The position numbers and the translations under genes were made by a program. From assembly GCA_002633005.1 (NCBI GenBank), contig NMRA01000073.1:334150-398149 (forward strand): a stretch of 64,000 nt of DNA, written 5' to 3'. Below the pieces are notes generated by a model. That model saw only the letters and a program-made list of their open reading frames with translations. It was not told where the DNA came from and did no database searches. Source of the DNA: Phoronis australis. Lineage: Eukaryota; Animalia; Phoronida. This document shows, one piece after another, positions 38,453 through 50,893 of the stretch. How positions within the stretch are numbered: the stretch's first letter is position 1; every line of letters begins with the position of its first letter.

Positions 38453-40441
38453 TTATTTCTTTAACTTTCCTTTATATCTTTTGCAGTAGCAATAGAGTCT
38501 TAAATGACTATCATGTACGCAAGAAGATTGGTCGCCGTATTTGTTAATCCTGCCTACGTTCCCGATTACAGTTGAATTGTCTTTCCAGTTGGACGATTGC
38601 AGGTTGGACGGGAGTTGAACTTTGGCTTCAAACAAAGCTAGTCCAGGAAGTGTTTCAAAAATCACCACAATCATTGTCCCATTGACATTCTGGGACGCTG
38701 AAAAGATTCGGTTTAGGACTAACCGTTTACATAAACGTGCACGGGGCTCTAGTTGCATACGTATCCAATTCAGCGCGACAATGGTCGCTTTTTGAGCTGT
38801 ACTTGATTTCGTGGGAACTGGATAGAGTTCGGCACACTTGCAGAATTCATCGGGAATACCGCACGTTTTACAATTCCTGTCATTGGGTATGGTGCCGAAC
38901 AAACTGAGCCCTCTTCCATCTTTTCTATAATGGCGAAACGAGAAGTTATTGTTGAGTACGTCTAGCAGTGTTGCATGGATATCATAAGGTGTCGTAAGCC
39001 GGTTCGAATTCTTCTGCACTGCTTTAACAGCATCCGGATGTTGTTTTTTGAAGTTGTCAGGAAAATATATTGACATAAGAGGCAGCGCATGTTCCGCTCG
39101 ACCAATGGGAGTTTGTCTTATTGCACCATATCTGTTCCCATGGTCACTTAAAAACATAGTGATTGTATTCCTCAGGTATCCATTCTTGTGTAACGTTTTA
39201 AAAAAACGTAACAGATAGTCGTCAGATATCTGAATATCATTGATACTATTATGGCTAAGGTGATTTAAGAAGCTGAAGCTAAAATATGGAAACTCGCTGA
39301 ACTTCTTCGTAAAAGACTTCACCCAGTCCAGCATCAGTTGGTGAATAGTAATCCCATTAAAACAGTGTTCTTTGAAAGGTTTTAGTCCATTATTTTTCCT
39401 TCTCAAATTTGTGACATCAACTTCCTCCCAAAATGGCCGCTGATAGTAATCGGTAGGTGCCTTGCCAAATCCAGTAGTGAGATAATTAAAAGTTGCATAT
39501 TTTTTGTCTTCGGTATATAGCGTGACGTATCCTTTGTCTGAAAACTTTTTCCATATCAACGGAATTGTTGTAGGGATTCGTCCCGGCTTTTTTGGAAACT
39601 CGGTTCTGCTAATGCCACACAGTAAAGGCATGATATTCGGAAAACTGTTGTCTCCAACTACATTGTAACTTTTAAGTGTAATGGCGCCCATTTCATTCGT
39701 GATGTACTCGTATGTCTTTGGCAATTGTCGGATTGTGTTGCTCCTTGACATTCCATCGAATGCTATCATAAGAACACTGAATCCCTTTTCATTTTTATCC
39801 TCATTCGCCGCAGTATGGTTGTTATTGTTTAAGCTCGTATTATTACTTTGAGTGCTCTGTAATTTTTTCATAACAGTCCTTTTGTCTGAAATTGTCGCAT
39901 GAATGTTGATATAAACAAGCTTTTTATGTGCGTAACAAGTGACACGAATGAAATCTGAGAACACCTGAACAGGTTGGTCTGGTATTATTAAATTTCTTCT
40001 CCAGTGAATGCGCTTGTTGTCATGAATTCTAACAAAGCTATTGTAAAAGCAAATTGATTTCGTGTTACGACCAATGTGTCTTTGCAATCTTTTGGAGTAG
40101 AGAATCAAAAACCCTGTTTCGTTTACTTCCGAAACGAGATTTTCAAATGGGTGGCAGTCTACCTTTCCCACTTTTTTGAGAAACGGCATGACTGTTCGGT
40201 CGAAAGCATCAAGCTTTGGCGTGACACATGATAAAGAAATGTTGCTTTCCGTTGATCCATCAACCTGAGCTGTAGCTGAACCATTGCTAGTGATAACTGC
40301 CTTATGTTTGGTCCTAATAAACGTCGATTTTTTTATATCTTGCACTTGCAAAGGTTGGCACACAGTGGGTCTTTGCAAATGCTCTATGAGTGCCACTGTT
40401 AAGGAACACACTATGACGGCTAACATGAAACTTTTCCGCAT
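38453..40441 (-). CDS. DUF229-family sulfatase/alkaline-phosphatase-fold protein, 662 aa, N-terminal signal anchor
   Basis: Intact ORF. Splice acceptor ttttcag| is followed by a perfect Kozak GCCACCATG at 40441. Motifs FDGMSR, YNVVGDNSFPN, DYYQRPF, HLSHN, LSDHG, RLTTPYDIHATL, RINKYGDQSSC..YCYC. Confidence 0.92.
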   Translation of the reverse strand: MRKSFMLAVIVCSLTVALIEHLQRPTVCQPLQVQDIKKSTFIRTKHKAVITSNGSATAQVDGSTESNISLSCVTPKLDAFDRTVMPFLKKVGKVDCHPFENLVSEVNETGFLILYSKRLQRHIGRNTKSICFYNSFVRIHDNKRIHWRRNLIIPDQPVQVFSDFIRVTCYAHKKLVYINIHATISDKRTVMKKLQSTQSNNTSLNNNNHTAANEDKNEKGFSVLMIAFDGMSRSNTIRQLPKTYEYITNEMGAITLKSYNVVGDNSFPNIMPLLCGISRTEFPKKPGRIPTTIPLIWKKFSDKGYVTLYTEDKKYATFNYLTTGFGKAPTDYYQRPFWEEVDVTNLRRKNNGLKPFKEHCFNGITIHQLMLDWVKSFTKKFSEFPYFSFSFLNHLSHNSINDIQISDDYLLRFFKTLHKNGYLRNTITMFLSDHGNRYGAIRQTPIGRAEHALPLMSIYFPDNFKKQHPDAVKAVQKNSNRLTTPYDIHATLLDVLNNNFSFRHYRKDGRGLSLFGTIPNDRNCKTCGIPDEFCKCAELYPVPTKSSTAQKATIVALNWIRMQLEPRARLCKRLVLNRIFSASQNVNGTMIVVIFETLPGLALFEAKVQLPSNLQSSNWKDNSTVIGNVGRINKYGDQSSCVHDSHLRLYCYCKRYKGKLKK

Positions 40442-41208
40442 GGTGGCGACTGAAAAAAGAAACAAATACACAAGTAATGAATAAGAATGGCGGGGTACTT
40501 GTTTTTGATAAAATTACGAAGAAATGCAACTGCAACATAGTTAAAACGTAATTATTGAACATAGTTGTGTTTATCACAAGCATAAACATTCGTACCGGAA
40601 GTTGAGAAGGCGAAGATCTATTATTATGGGACTGCTGTCATCTATATTGTTGTAGGCGAAAGCTACTGTACGGCACCCGTGGTTAAGACATAATTAGTAC
40701 ACAGAATAGTCGTGTCTACTGACTTCAGCAACAATTGTCATATTATATAAGTAGCCCTATGGTGAGCAAAGCAAGTAACTGAAATTTACCAAGGGCTAAG
40801 TAAAAAACATCGTAATCGTGTTTGACAAAACTCAGATGGTCATATCCATAAGCACCCTGAAAGACGAAATCTTCAATATTTCCCCCTTCTGTTGCTATCC
40901 ATGATGCAAACAATGCAAACACCAGTGAATATTTTAAAATATTAATTACCGTTTATTTTGCACAACGGTGCGTATTCATGACTACACGTAGGAATCCAAC
41001 GCTCTGGCTAAATGGCCGACACAAGACCGATTTGATGTTTAACACTACGCACTTGCTCCCAACCCTCAGTATACATCGTTAAGTTGGATTTTGTTCTTAA
41101 AAATACGTACATTCATCATTTTCTGTTGCAAGCAGTTTATTCCGTTCAATCAGCCATCTTTTTGGTCACATCACGTGACCTAATGAATATAAGTCTGACA
41201 AGATTTTT

Positions 41209-41282
41209 GCCCCCGATCAGGATTCGAACTCAGGAACTTTTGCTCACCGTGCAGACGTTCTGTCCACTGTGGCATCGGGACC
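41209..41282 (-). pseudogene. tRNA-derived sequence (pseudo-tRNA or SINE head)
   Basis: A-box-like TGCCACAGTGG, B-box GAGTTCGAATCC and acceptor-like pairing, but a non-canonical anticodon loop. Confidence 0.55.
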
Positions 41283-41382
41283 ATTGGTCACACACACAGA
41301 AATCCAATCAGACTTAGTAGTGGGCATCTTCCCCATGATCTCTATTGTGTGTATAGATATATGCTGTTCAATGAGGCGTGGA

Positions 41383-41449
<67 letters not shown>

Positions 41450-41469
41450 CGTGCGTGCGTGTGTGTGTA
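41383..41469. repeat. (TA)n(TG)n(TGCG)n microsatellite
   Basis: Directly visible. Confidence 0.95.
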
Positions 41470-44400
41470 TGACCACAAATATGGCGTATTGAACGGGATA
41501 AACTGCTAGCAACATATTCCACGCTTCACTGGATAAGATATATTTATGCATTCATCATTTTCATCAAAACCAATCACCACCACCACCACCATCAATCATA
41601 TTTTAATCCATATCATGTATCTGTAGACCTACATTTTTGTCAACTTATCAATCATGCTCCATTTAATAATACTTCCAAAAGCTTTATTTAGCCTCTTTAG
41701 AAGATCCATGTTGACCGTTCTGGAGCTTTAAAGCTGAGGTGGATTTGTTCAAATGTTAACTCTACTGACATGCCCAGACTTTTCCAAAACACAAAATGTT
41801 AACACAAAAGATACAATTGTGAAATTGTGTTTTTAAATCAGCGACATAATACATCATTTTATTGTCATCTTTACCACGATTTAACAATTCGGACACAAAC
41901 CATAATGCGTTCAAGTGATAGTCATACAAAGACCTAAATACTTAAGTAAGTTGCCTTAATCACCCTTTTTGCTCGGTCATTTTGACATAAAAATACCCCT
42001 ATTAAGTTAGATACAGTTATTTGTAAGCGTTCTTTCAGGTTCTTCACTCAGTGAAATTAGAACTAGTTGGAAATAAGAATCTGTTCATGAATATAACGCT
42101 GCTCGAAATGTCACAAGTAAACAAAATTGAAAAAAAATACTGAATTCTGAAGACATCGCTGGCCGAGTAGGCGGATTACACGGTGGACCCCGTAGTGGTT
42201 GGAGGGTCAGTAATCGACTGATCGCCTAAGAAATTGCTCACCGTTGAAGTTAAGCAACACGGACTCAAACACTTTGCCATTGGCCGCTGCATGACCTCAG
42301 AAGTTTTGATTTCGGTCTCCCGGCGGTTTGTCGTGGAGCTCACTAATTTGTGAAGGTATTCAATTTGCTTTTAGGGTTCATAAAAATCTCCTGGGAAAGA
42401 AAACTTGACCTTTGTGTTGTATCTGTTTGTCGAACATATATATCGTTTGAGCATCCTTGCCTTCGGTTGAGATTCGTGTTAATCTAAGTATCATCGAGTT
42501 TCTTGCACAATATTGGCCTCTCAACTTTTCTATGGCCAGATTCTGGTTTCTCGTCCATCTACTAAAGCTAATAGCATGCTTTGATCGCTAGCAATGTGTA
42601 GTGAATATCTCGCGAAGCTTTTCACGGTCTCAGATTGTTACGTAAGGAACGTCCTCATGTGTTGCTTACCTGTTTGCGTCGTAAACACTGCAAGGCTCAC
42701 ACCCATTGTAGTGAGATCTGCGAACCACCCTTGCCAAATGAGGACAACTAAAAGACAAGTGTTGTCATCAAAAATTGTGACAAACTTCCTGGTGTTGTCT
42801 TCACAGTTTGATCGTAGTTACACCAGACGAGAAACCTGTCTGTATAAGTAGAGCTACACGTACATGTAGGTCTATTGACATAGTTCGATTTGAGAAACAC
42901 CGGTGCTCAAGTAATATTGATTAAGTAAACAAGAGCTGTTTTTACTTCACGGACACTTGTAAAGACCACAATTCTGTCTGTTCAGGGCCGTGGGAAGCGG
43001 GGGGGGGGGCACGGGCCCCCCAAATTTTTTCAGTCGTCAGGGTTAAACCGTGGCAACCGACATACGCGTGGGACGGGGCAGTCGAGAAAAGAAAGACTGT
43101 TAAATGCGGATAAGAGACAAAATTCCAGAGAACATTTAACAACTCTATATCAGTGCATGGTTTACCTTTTGAGGACCCTGGCCAGGACACTGTTGTTGGG
43201 GTCTCCGCTTTCGAAACAAATATTTAGGAAAATTGAAAAAAAATGTAAAGCGAAGCTTTTTGCAGAGCGTATTAATTTGCTGTCTTTTTAAATTCAATAA
43301 GTCAAATTTTGCGATTTCAAAACCACATTTTCCAGAGGCCCATCTCTGGGAAGGCATAATGGAGACAACTGTCGCTTTTTTTCTCGAAGTGTATACCACT
43401 TGAGAAAAATTGATGATCTGACAGATGTCATCAATTGCCTGAACATTTCTTGATTTTTCAAAATATAGATATTTTCATATTGAGGGCCCCACCCTTGAAG
43501 GTGGCCATTGATGATATTCAAGTGGCCACCCTTTTTACGTTTTTATTGAAAAATTCTTAAGTGTCCACTCATAGAAAGAGGGCCCACAGTTGGACTCGAT
43601 TACGTTTAGTTTCCTGCTTTTTTGTGAAATCGTGCAACCGACTTTCATATTGAGGAAGGTCACTTCCTGCACCGTCTTGGGACCACACGGCGGTGGAATA
43701 AGCTGTCACACTTTTCCAAGCTTAATTATGTTTAGCCTTTCATTATAAAGATTCCCATTTCTGACGGGACCCTCTCTCGGTGGAGCAGTCCCGCCGGAGA
43801 AAAGTCCCTTTGTGCCTCCATACATGTAAAGCCGACACTGCCAAGCATTCACGAGGGAAATTGAGATTCCAACTTCATCAAAAAAAACAAAACATTCGTG
43901 CACAGCCCAGAAGTATCAGGACATTCCACCCAAACAACAAAAACGTGAAAAATACAATAGAATTAACCGCCATCGAAAGGGTGGAATTTTGAACAACGTG
44001 AAGACCGCTATTTGTTAATTACACAAAAGGACTATTTCCGATGGTTAGTTACAGAATAATGTTACTGCTGTTTCCCTTAGTATCACAAGAATAGTACATT
44101 ATTTGAAAATGGTTACTATGAGTTGTTCTTAAGGATTTCCCACATGTGAAAAGCACTGCTGTCGAGGCTACCACTGGGGTGACCGTGTCGAACGTGTGTA
44201 CTCAAATACTCGCAATAATTAACAAATATTGCAGCTTTTTGAGCTCAAGTTCAACTCGTGAACCGTTATATGTGCCTCGGAAATGAGCAAAAATACTGTG
44301 AATGCCCAATCTCCCAAAATCCCCCGTTACTCGTCAAACATCTGTGAGCATGTCTTCGGAAAATGCTTATGAAAGGAGCTTTGAGAACTTAAATAAAATC

Positions 44401-47332
44401 TAATTTATTGGTCATCAAATTGGAAAGGTTCTCTTTGCACTTCCTTGACGTTTTAAGTTTCTAGTAGTACTGCTTATTGAATTTTTGTTCTTCAAAACTG
44501 AATCGTTTGCTTGCATTTCCCGTGCATACTACACACGCGGCATGCGCGCACCCAGCCTAAAATATTGGGCCACTTTTCCCGAGCCCCCCTCCGGGTGTAA
44601 GCATGCATGACACACTCATATTAAAAATAAGTTGTGACCATGAAGTAGGCCTGCATAGAATCTCAGTTACCCACGGGAACTAGATTTGAACTTCAGGTCT
44701 TGAAGTGTGTATATTTTTGGGAAACACAAGTGTATCATTTCCCCCAGCAACCAGAAACTGGACTACCGGCTGTGTTTCATCTAGAGATTCTGAAACGGCC
44801 ACAAAGGCACTCATACCAGGCACCCCGGTACCTCAACTTTCCAGAAAATTACTTCAAAGAATGGCCAATAAAAGTTTTCCTCGAACCTNTCAGCGCGCAC
44901 GGGACCTAGACCCATTCTTACTCTCCGTGAATCTTTGTTGGTTCACGGTTACTCAAATCCTGATTGCTGGATCCCCGGTTTTTCCCCCACCTATGGCGGA
45001 CGCGGGGGGTGGGGGGGGGGCGACAATAGCAAGGGTTTAGGTTGGCGAAGTCAAATTGATTTGTGCCCCCCCAATAAGTTCTTTCCTTACTCCGGGCCTA
45101 CTGTTTCCGACAAGCAATATTGTATCAAAACTTTCAGCGACTCAAGCGACTGCTTGAAAATGTTTTGGGGGGTCCAGCACTAATATGTCACATTCAAAAA
45201 TTGCGCATGTGCGCATTGCCTGTGATTATAGTTGTCCTTGATTCGGCAACAATTGTTTGAGTGCGGTAATGTTTTCAATACCAAAGTGATTTGGCTGAGA
45301 ATTCAACACTGGTTACTAAACAACGATGGAATGCATCCTTAGCAACGTTAATTCTAATAAAAATATATCAATTTTCCAAAGCCTTCTAAAATTGAACAAA
45401 TAGTATGAAAGATCCTCTAACTTTCGAACTTCGGAAGGGATAATGTAATGTTTAAAAAAGTCCTGGCTCAGACGGTTTTACCATTGAACTTTTATTTTCA
45501 CGATTATTTCAGTTGTACATTTCTTTAAAGCAGGATTTGGTATTGTACAATTGTCTCCCACTCAAATGGAGGGAATCATTACATGCATACGAAAACGGGT
45601 GACATGAGTAAACATTATCTTAAAAGACTGGCGTCCTACATCTCTACTCAATGTTACTTACTACACTCTAAGCTTGGATGTGCTACTTCAGAACAAAATA
45701 GTGTTCAAAATAGAACACTAGAACACTAGAACACTAGAACACTAGAACACGTGCCACAAAGTGTAAACAGTAAAACCCCTGTGACAAATGTGATGTATGT
45801 TACACTTACAGAACACTCTTTCGGTGTTCTACCAGGGTTTCTGAACATTAAGTGTTCTAATGGTGGTGAATTTTGCCCATGCTCATAAGCAAATATGTTT
45901 TTCACAATAAATCAAATATAAACAAGCATATCAGAGTCATTAGGGTGTCAAGCAACTGCAATGTGGAATTAACATGAAAAGACTGCTTATTGTAACAATA
46001 ACCTTTTTATTTTGTCTATCCTTGCAAGCATGAACTAATTAAAGACGAATACACCGTGGATCTCACTTTCCCACTTATTCAAATACTCATTAAACGAGCT
46101 ATCAAATACAGAGATGTGTGCATCATCATCACTTCATGACACATAAATATACAGTCAACAAATACATGTACCTCACACAACTTATAGAGCCCTCACTAGT
46201 CTTCTCTCCATAGGTGGCCTCCATCATAAACTCCTGGAATAGTCCCTGGATGTTGGAAAGCACTATAGGATATGCCAAGTCAAATACGTAGTATATAGCC
46301 AACAGGAAAAAACAGCAACAAGAAGACCACCCTTTTCAACCCTTGAGCACAATCTGTCGAATACATCTGCATAAGCAATACTACCTTTGGAGCATCGTTT
46401 GCCTTCGTCGTTAGATGTTTGCTGATTCCATCATCAGGGATGTACTGAAACAATTTTAAAGGGATGTTTAGTTTATTTTTTCTTTGGTTTTTGGCCAAGG
46501 TATTGCAAATAGGTACATGTGCTTTAATTTGGGTTTAAGCACGTGCCTTGTTCCAGGAATATAGGCACAAACCTTGCCTTCGACAAGCGCTCACAATTAT
46601 CTAGAAAATCAATGGACCAGCATTGTGCAAATGACCACTCAAGACTTGACATTTTGTAAAGTCACTGTCCATCATTGAGAAAACATCCACAAAAAGGTTC
46701 ACTCATTCACATAAAGGCCCACTTCCCGTTTAGAAGCAAGGATTAAATTAAAAGGACATCTCTGAACACCACCCAACATCAATATATTTGTGATTCTTTG
46801 AAGCTCTTAGCAATCACTTAGTAATACTTTCTTTTCTGCGCAACCAATATCGATTTTAATGATGGGTGCCTCCCACCTTGGTGAAATTTTACAATCTTCT
46901 GTAGGTACTGAGTTACTGTCAGCTTCCGGAGTGGGTCATCCTGAAAGTCATTGTCCTCTTTTATCACCACTGAAAAATATAGGACAGAGGGAGGGCAACT
47001 GACTCCAAGTTTAAAATTAGCACGTTAGTGATTTCAATATTAATTAAATGAAGTTCAAGTTAAAGGCCGAAATATGCTGTGAAGATGTTATCTTACTGAT
47101 GATTGAAGGACAAACAAAGAACAATCATCTCTTTAAAGTAAGTTTTCTTAAAAATATTTCAAAATCCAACCCAATCTGCTTTCACTTTCAGTTGAATTAA
47201 TTTCACACTTTACTTGTGGGATCATAATTGAAGTCAAGAATAGAGTTTAAGCTTTCAAATTTAGTGTCATTTGGTATTCGAGAATTTGTTGAGTTTAAAT
47301 GAAATTTCTGACAGCTATTATATAGTACAATA

Positions 47333-47590
47333 CAGTGGGCGATCTTAGTTTTCATCGAAGGGGGTGGTTTAATGAACCCCCAACACCGTTTCGTGAGCTG
47401 GCACTGATATTTTAGTGCTCACACCTGAGGGGCTTTAAGACACACGAAAGCCTGAGTTTACCTCTGGCCGTGTATCTTAAGGGGGATTCAAGCCCCAACA
47501 TTCTGAACTTTCTAATATTAAATTTGCCACTGCCATGACTCCTGAGAGATTCTTAAAGCTGCTGACCTCACCCCTCTATATCCGCCACTG
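47333..47590. mobile_element. MITE with CAGTGG..ATCCGCCACTG termini
   Basis: Termini resemble the 3160 family; no matching TSD. Confidence 0.4.
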
Positions 47591-48882
47591 TCACACTCTT
47601 ATCATTTCCAGTCTCTACAAACCAACTTACCTGGTCAGGTTCTAACTTCCCAGTTGTTTCACCTGTCACGAGGAAGTCCTTCACGGACAGTTTCTGCCTT
47701 TACAGTGTCCATCATCACCACGAACTCAAGAATGATCTGAGAACAAAAGAATTAAACAAATAAAACTGCATAGCAACCGCATTAACAATATCCACATTGC
47801 CTTGATAGGCCAGGAGCTTCCACAACTTTCAACATCCGTGAGTACATGCCTGTGCTCCCTATAAATATGCATTTTGTAGTTAGACCACCTTTATGTAGTG
47901 TATGCCCATGAGCTAGCTAAACAGGCCACAGAGAAATTAGGGTAATAAAATGAGTCGCAAATGATGGAAAGCAATTAGATGTAAAAAACATAAAAGATTA
48001 CATGCACTTTAAAAAATGTCAACCATTTGCAATGCTACAAACACAGGCCAGAACACACACCGAGTGGCAAAAATAAAACACTGTATACTCGGGGATCTTA
48101 TACCAAGCTTTACAAGTATGACTTAGACAACAGACGATATGACCGATTTGACTCTAGTCTAACTGAATAATGGAGGGACTGAGGCATTCGAAGATCAGTG
48201 CAAAGCAACAACCAAAATAATCGATTCATACCGCACCCTATGTATGCATGTCGCCTCGATTAATTTGACTCCTGAGGTTTTAACTAGGTTGTAAAGTAAC
48301 CCTGAATCCTAACAATTGACGTATTGGTTAACTACCCGCTAACAGTAAATGAGTATGAGAAGTGCGTGACTATACTGGAACGTTGAAGTTATCATATGTG
48401 TGACTCAATGAAAGACTGAAAGCATTTGTGGTAAAAGAAAAAGAATACGTGGTCTTGATTTTTATCTCAAGAAAATGACAAATATACTTTTCTTAAAACA
48501 GTACAAAGCACAATGTATCAGGTGACCTTCTGAGCTATGCTCGGAAACCGAGCACACGGTGTTGAAGACACGGCATCACGTGACCAACAACAGTATCCCT
48601 AACTGAGAACACATTAAAGGCGAAGGCAACCTTTTTCAATGCCATTTTGAGCTAAAATAAGGTTGGTTGGTTATCCTAGACACATTTTCCACTTAATTAC
48701 AGCTTTTCGTAATTTTATTAATTACGCGTCCGCTACTCCGGAAGTGACGTTTTAGGAGGCAAGCATTTCGCGCCAATTTCTTTTCATATAGTCTGACTGT
48801 GAGAGCTGCCGAGTCAGTCGTTGTTCTACCTCGGTTGTGTTAAGTTCCGTCGTCGTTTGCTTTCATTTACTAGTGAGTCAAC

Positions 48883-49889
48883 ATGCCACACTGTTGCTGC
48901 GTACCAGGATGTACTAATTATCGGCTCACGCGCGCTTTGGGAGTACCTTTGCATCGCTTCCGATGAATGACACACTTCGCCGTACTTGGCTCGTTCGTGT
49001 GAAGAACGCAGCGTTACCCGTCCACGCAACGTACAAAGCAGTGGAGAATTACCGTGTGTTTGGCAAGCTCTTTCTGCCGTCCGATTACGAAAGGGATTTG
49101 TACGCTGAACTGAGGAAGGTCCTTGCGAAACAACGTCTGAAGAAGGATGCCATTCCGTCTGTGTTGATTCCCGGCAGTGCCCCGTCGCCACCCCCGAGAA
49201 TTGCGTTTTTGAAGCGAGAAGCCTCGCGAGCTGTGGCCAGTACAGTGACTGGAGCCAGTGGAGGCACTTCATCTACTGTCACCAGTACCTCCGAACGTAC
49301 CCCAGAGCGTGCAATTCCTGGAACCAGTAGTGATTCGCCCTATGCTGTTTTCTCCAGCCCAGAGCCTCTAAGCAGCCCTGCAGCGATATTTAGTAGTGGG
49401 AGTGATTACAGGCTTAGTTCGACACCCAGTGAAGAGGACAGTTCGTCGTCCAGTGAACAGATCGGTGAGCCAAACTTTGATAAGTTTATTGTGGACTTGT
49501 CTAAAGTGTTGGAGCTATTTAGAAGGTGCCAGGTGTGTGGCGAGGGAGTCACACGACACGATGTAAGCAGTTTGGGTGCTCAGGTCACCATCCAGTGGGA
49601 GTGTGTCGCGGGACACTCTGGCAAGTGGGACAGTTGTTCCTCTGTCCGTGGTATGCCGGAGGTCCACTTAACCATGTCCAGTAGTGGCTTGGCCTCGTCG
49701 AACTCTGAACAGCACAAGCATTCCATTGAGGTAGGCATAACAACGCATACAGTGCATTTGCACCAAGATGTGTCACCACGTCTGTCCTCTGTAGCCGCCT
49801 CGTTTCTCTCAACAGCTGCCTGTGCCTGTGCGTACTCTGCCTCGTTATACTCGGGCTCAAACATGTACCCACCCACTGAATGTCCGTGA
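48883..49889 (+). pseudogene. THAP domain plus truncated Kolobok transposase N-terminus
   Basis: MPHCCCVPGCTN..LHRF(frameshift)..WLVRVK..LKKDAIPS, then CQVC..WECVAGHSGKWDS. The last THAP Cys and His appear mutated, and no DDE domain is present. Confidence 0.8.
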
Positions 49890-49975
49890 AAAAATTCCTC
49901 GTCACCACTGCTGTGAACAAGGTCTCCGTTACTCACACTACTGTCACTGTGATACGGGTCACCGACTCCAGCCAT
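49580..49975 (-). pseudogene. Truncated KolX / P2X7 C-terminal zinc-coordinating-domain-like ORF
   Basis: YMFEPEY..RRGDTSWCKCTVCVVMPTSMECLCCSE matches the WCxCxxCxxMPTxxECxCCxE motif. Confidence 0.78.
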
Positions 49976-50751
49976 TTTCAGTTTACAACACACTAAACAA
50001 TCCCTAAATCCAACGTAGTTGAGTTCTCTACTAACCTATCTTGCCGCAGAATACTCGCCGATGGAAAGTGGTGGCGACAATTGTTGAAAAACAGCACAAA
50101 ACAAAAGTAGAATAGAACAGATTCGCACGGTAAAGTCAACGCAAAACCAAGTGGCGGGAAACGCTTGCCTCCTAAAGCGTCACTTCCGGAGTAGCGGACG
50201 AGTAATTCTTAAAAATACGAAAAGCTGTAATTAAGTGGAAAATGTGTCTAGGATAACCAACCAACCTTATTTTAGCTCAAAATGACATGGAAAAATGTTG
50301 CCTTCGCCTTTAAAACACTCACACAAGTTTCAAATTCTGTGCATAAACAGGACCCAAAAGTATTCAAATATTAACCAATTATTTAACATAGACTGAAACG
50401 CTTTCTAATATGCCAATGGCGATGGCCATGCAGCAACTAGGCAACATGCAATGTTATAATGTGACAGTGAAATTTGAAAAAATAAACACTAAATCAAGAC
50501 AAATAGAACCATCATTTACAATTCTTACCGATAAAATTTAACCCTAAAAGCAGCGAGAAACGCAAAACCCACTCACCAAATGGAGGTATAGTATTCAAAC
50601 AAAATTCGGATGCTTGTGAACCGGCCGTGGCAGACGAATGAGGGCGAGAAAACGTTTTGTCGGTAAACACAAACGCATTGCGCTTTGAAGAACCTTGAAT
50701 GTTGTTGAACGCGCAGTGTTCTGCGATGACCAGTCCTACCAGAACATACTG

Positions 50752-50893
50752 TAGTGGCGGACTTAGAGGGGGGCCAAGCGGGCCATGGTCCCCCTAAAAT
50801 TCTCCCAGATTCCATTTTGCAGTTCGGGAGTGCAAAATCGTGGCTAATACTCTGTCCTGGCCCCCTTAACTCAGAATTCTGGATCCGCCCCTG
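50752..50893. mobile_element. Second copy of the 5-bp-TSD MITE
   Basis: Homologous to 3160-3319; TSD TACTG/TATTG. Confidence 0.75.

Larger units (their letters stand above)
41124..41548. mobile_element. Composite element: nested inverted repeats, tRNA-like segment and (TG)n microsatellite
   Basis: Inverted repeat 41124-41169 / 41470-41514; flanked by 14-bp direct repeat CATTCATCATTTTC. Confidence 0.6.
48618..50309. mobile_element. Kolobok-type DNA transposon deletion derivative with ~160-bp TIRs and TTAA TSD
   Basis: TTAA|AGGCGAAGGCAAC ... GTTGCCTTCGCCT|TTAA; long near-identical inverted ends; two convergent ORF remnants inside. Confidence 0.9.

Noticed and set aside
40442-40471. N-terminal extension MYLFLFSVAT of the DUF229 ORF
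   Set aside because: It is a polypyrimidine tract and splice acceptor; the Kozak ATG at 40441 is the better start.
41209-41282. Functional tRNA-Thr gene
   Set aside because: The anticodon loop lacks U33, the stems have mismatches, and it is embedded in a repeat element.
42155-42270. 5S rRNA gene or SINE3 head
   Set aside because: Only a short GAAGTTAAGC-like resemblance; no full-length 5S match visible.
42983-44909. Large MITE bounded by CAGGGCCGTG..CACGGGACCTAG
   Set aside because: The terminal match is weak and I could not verify a TSD.
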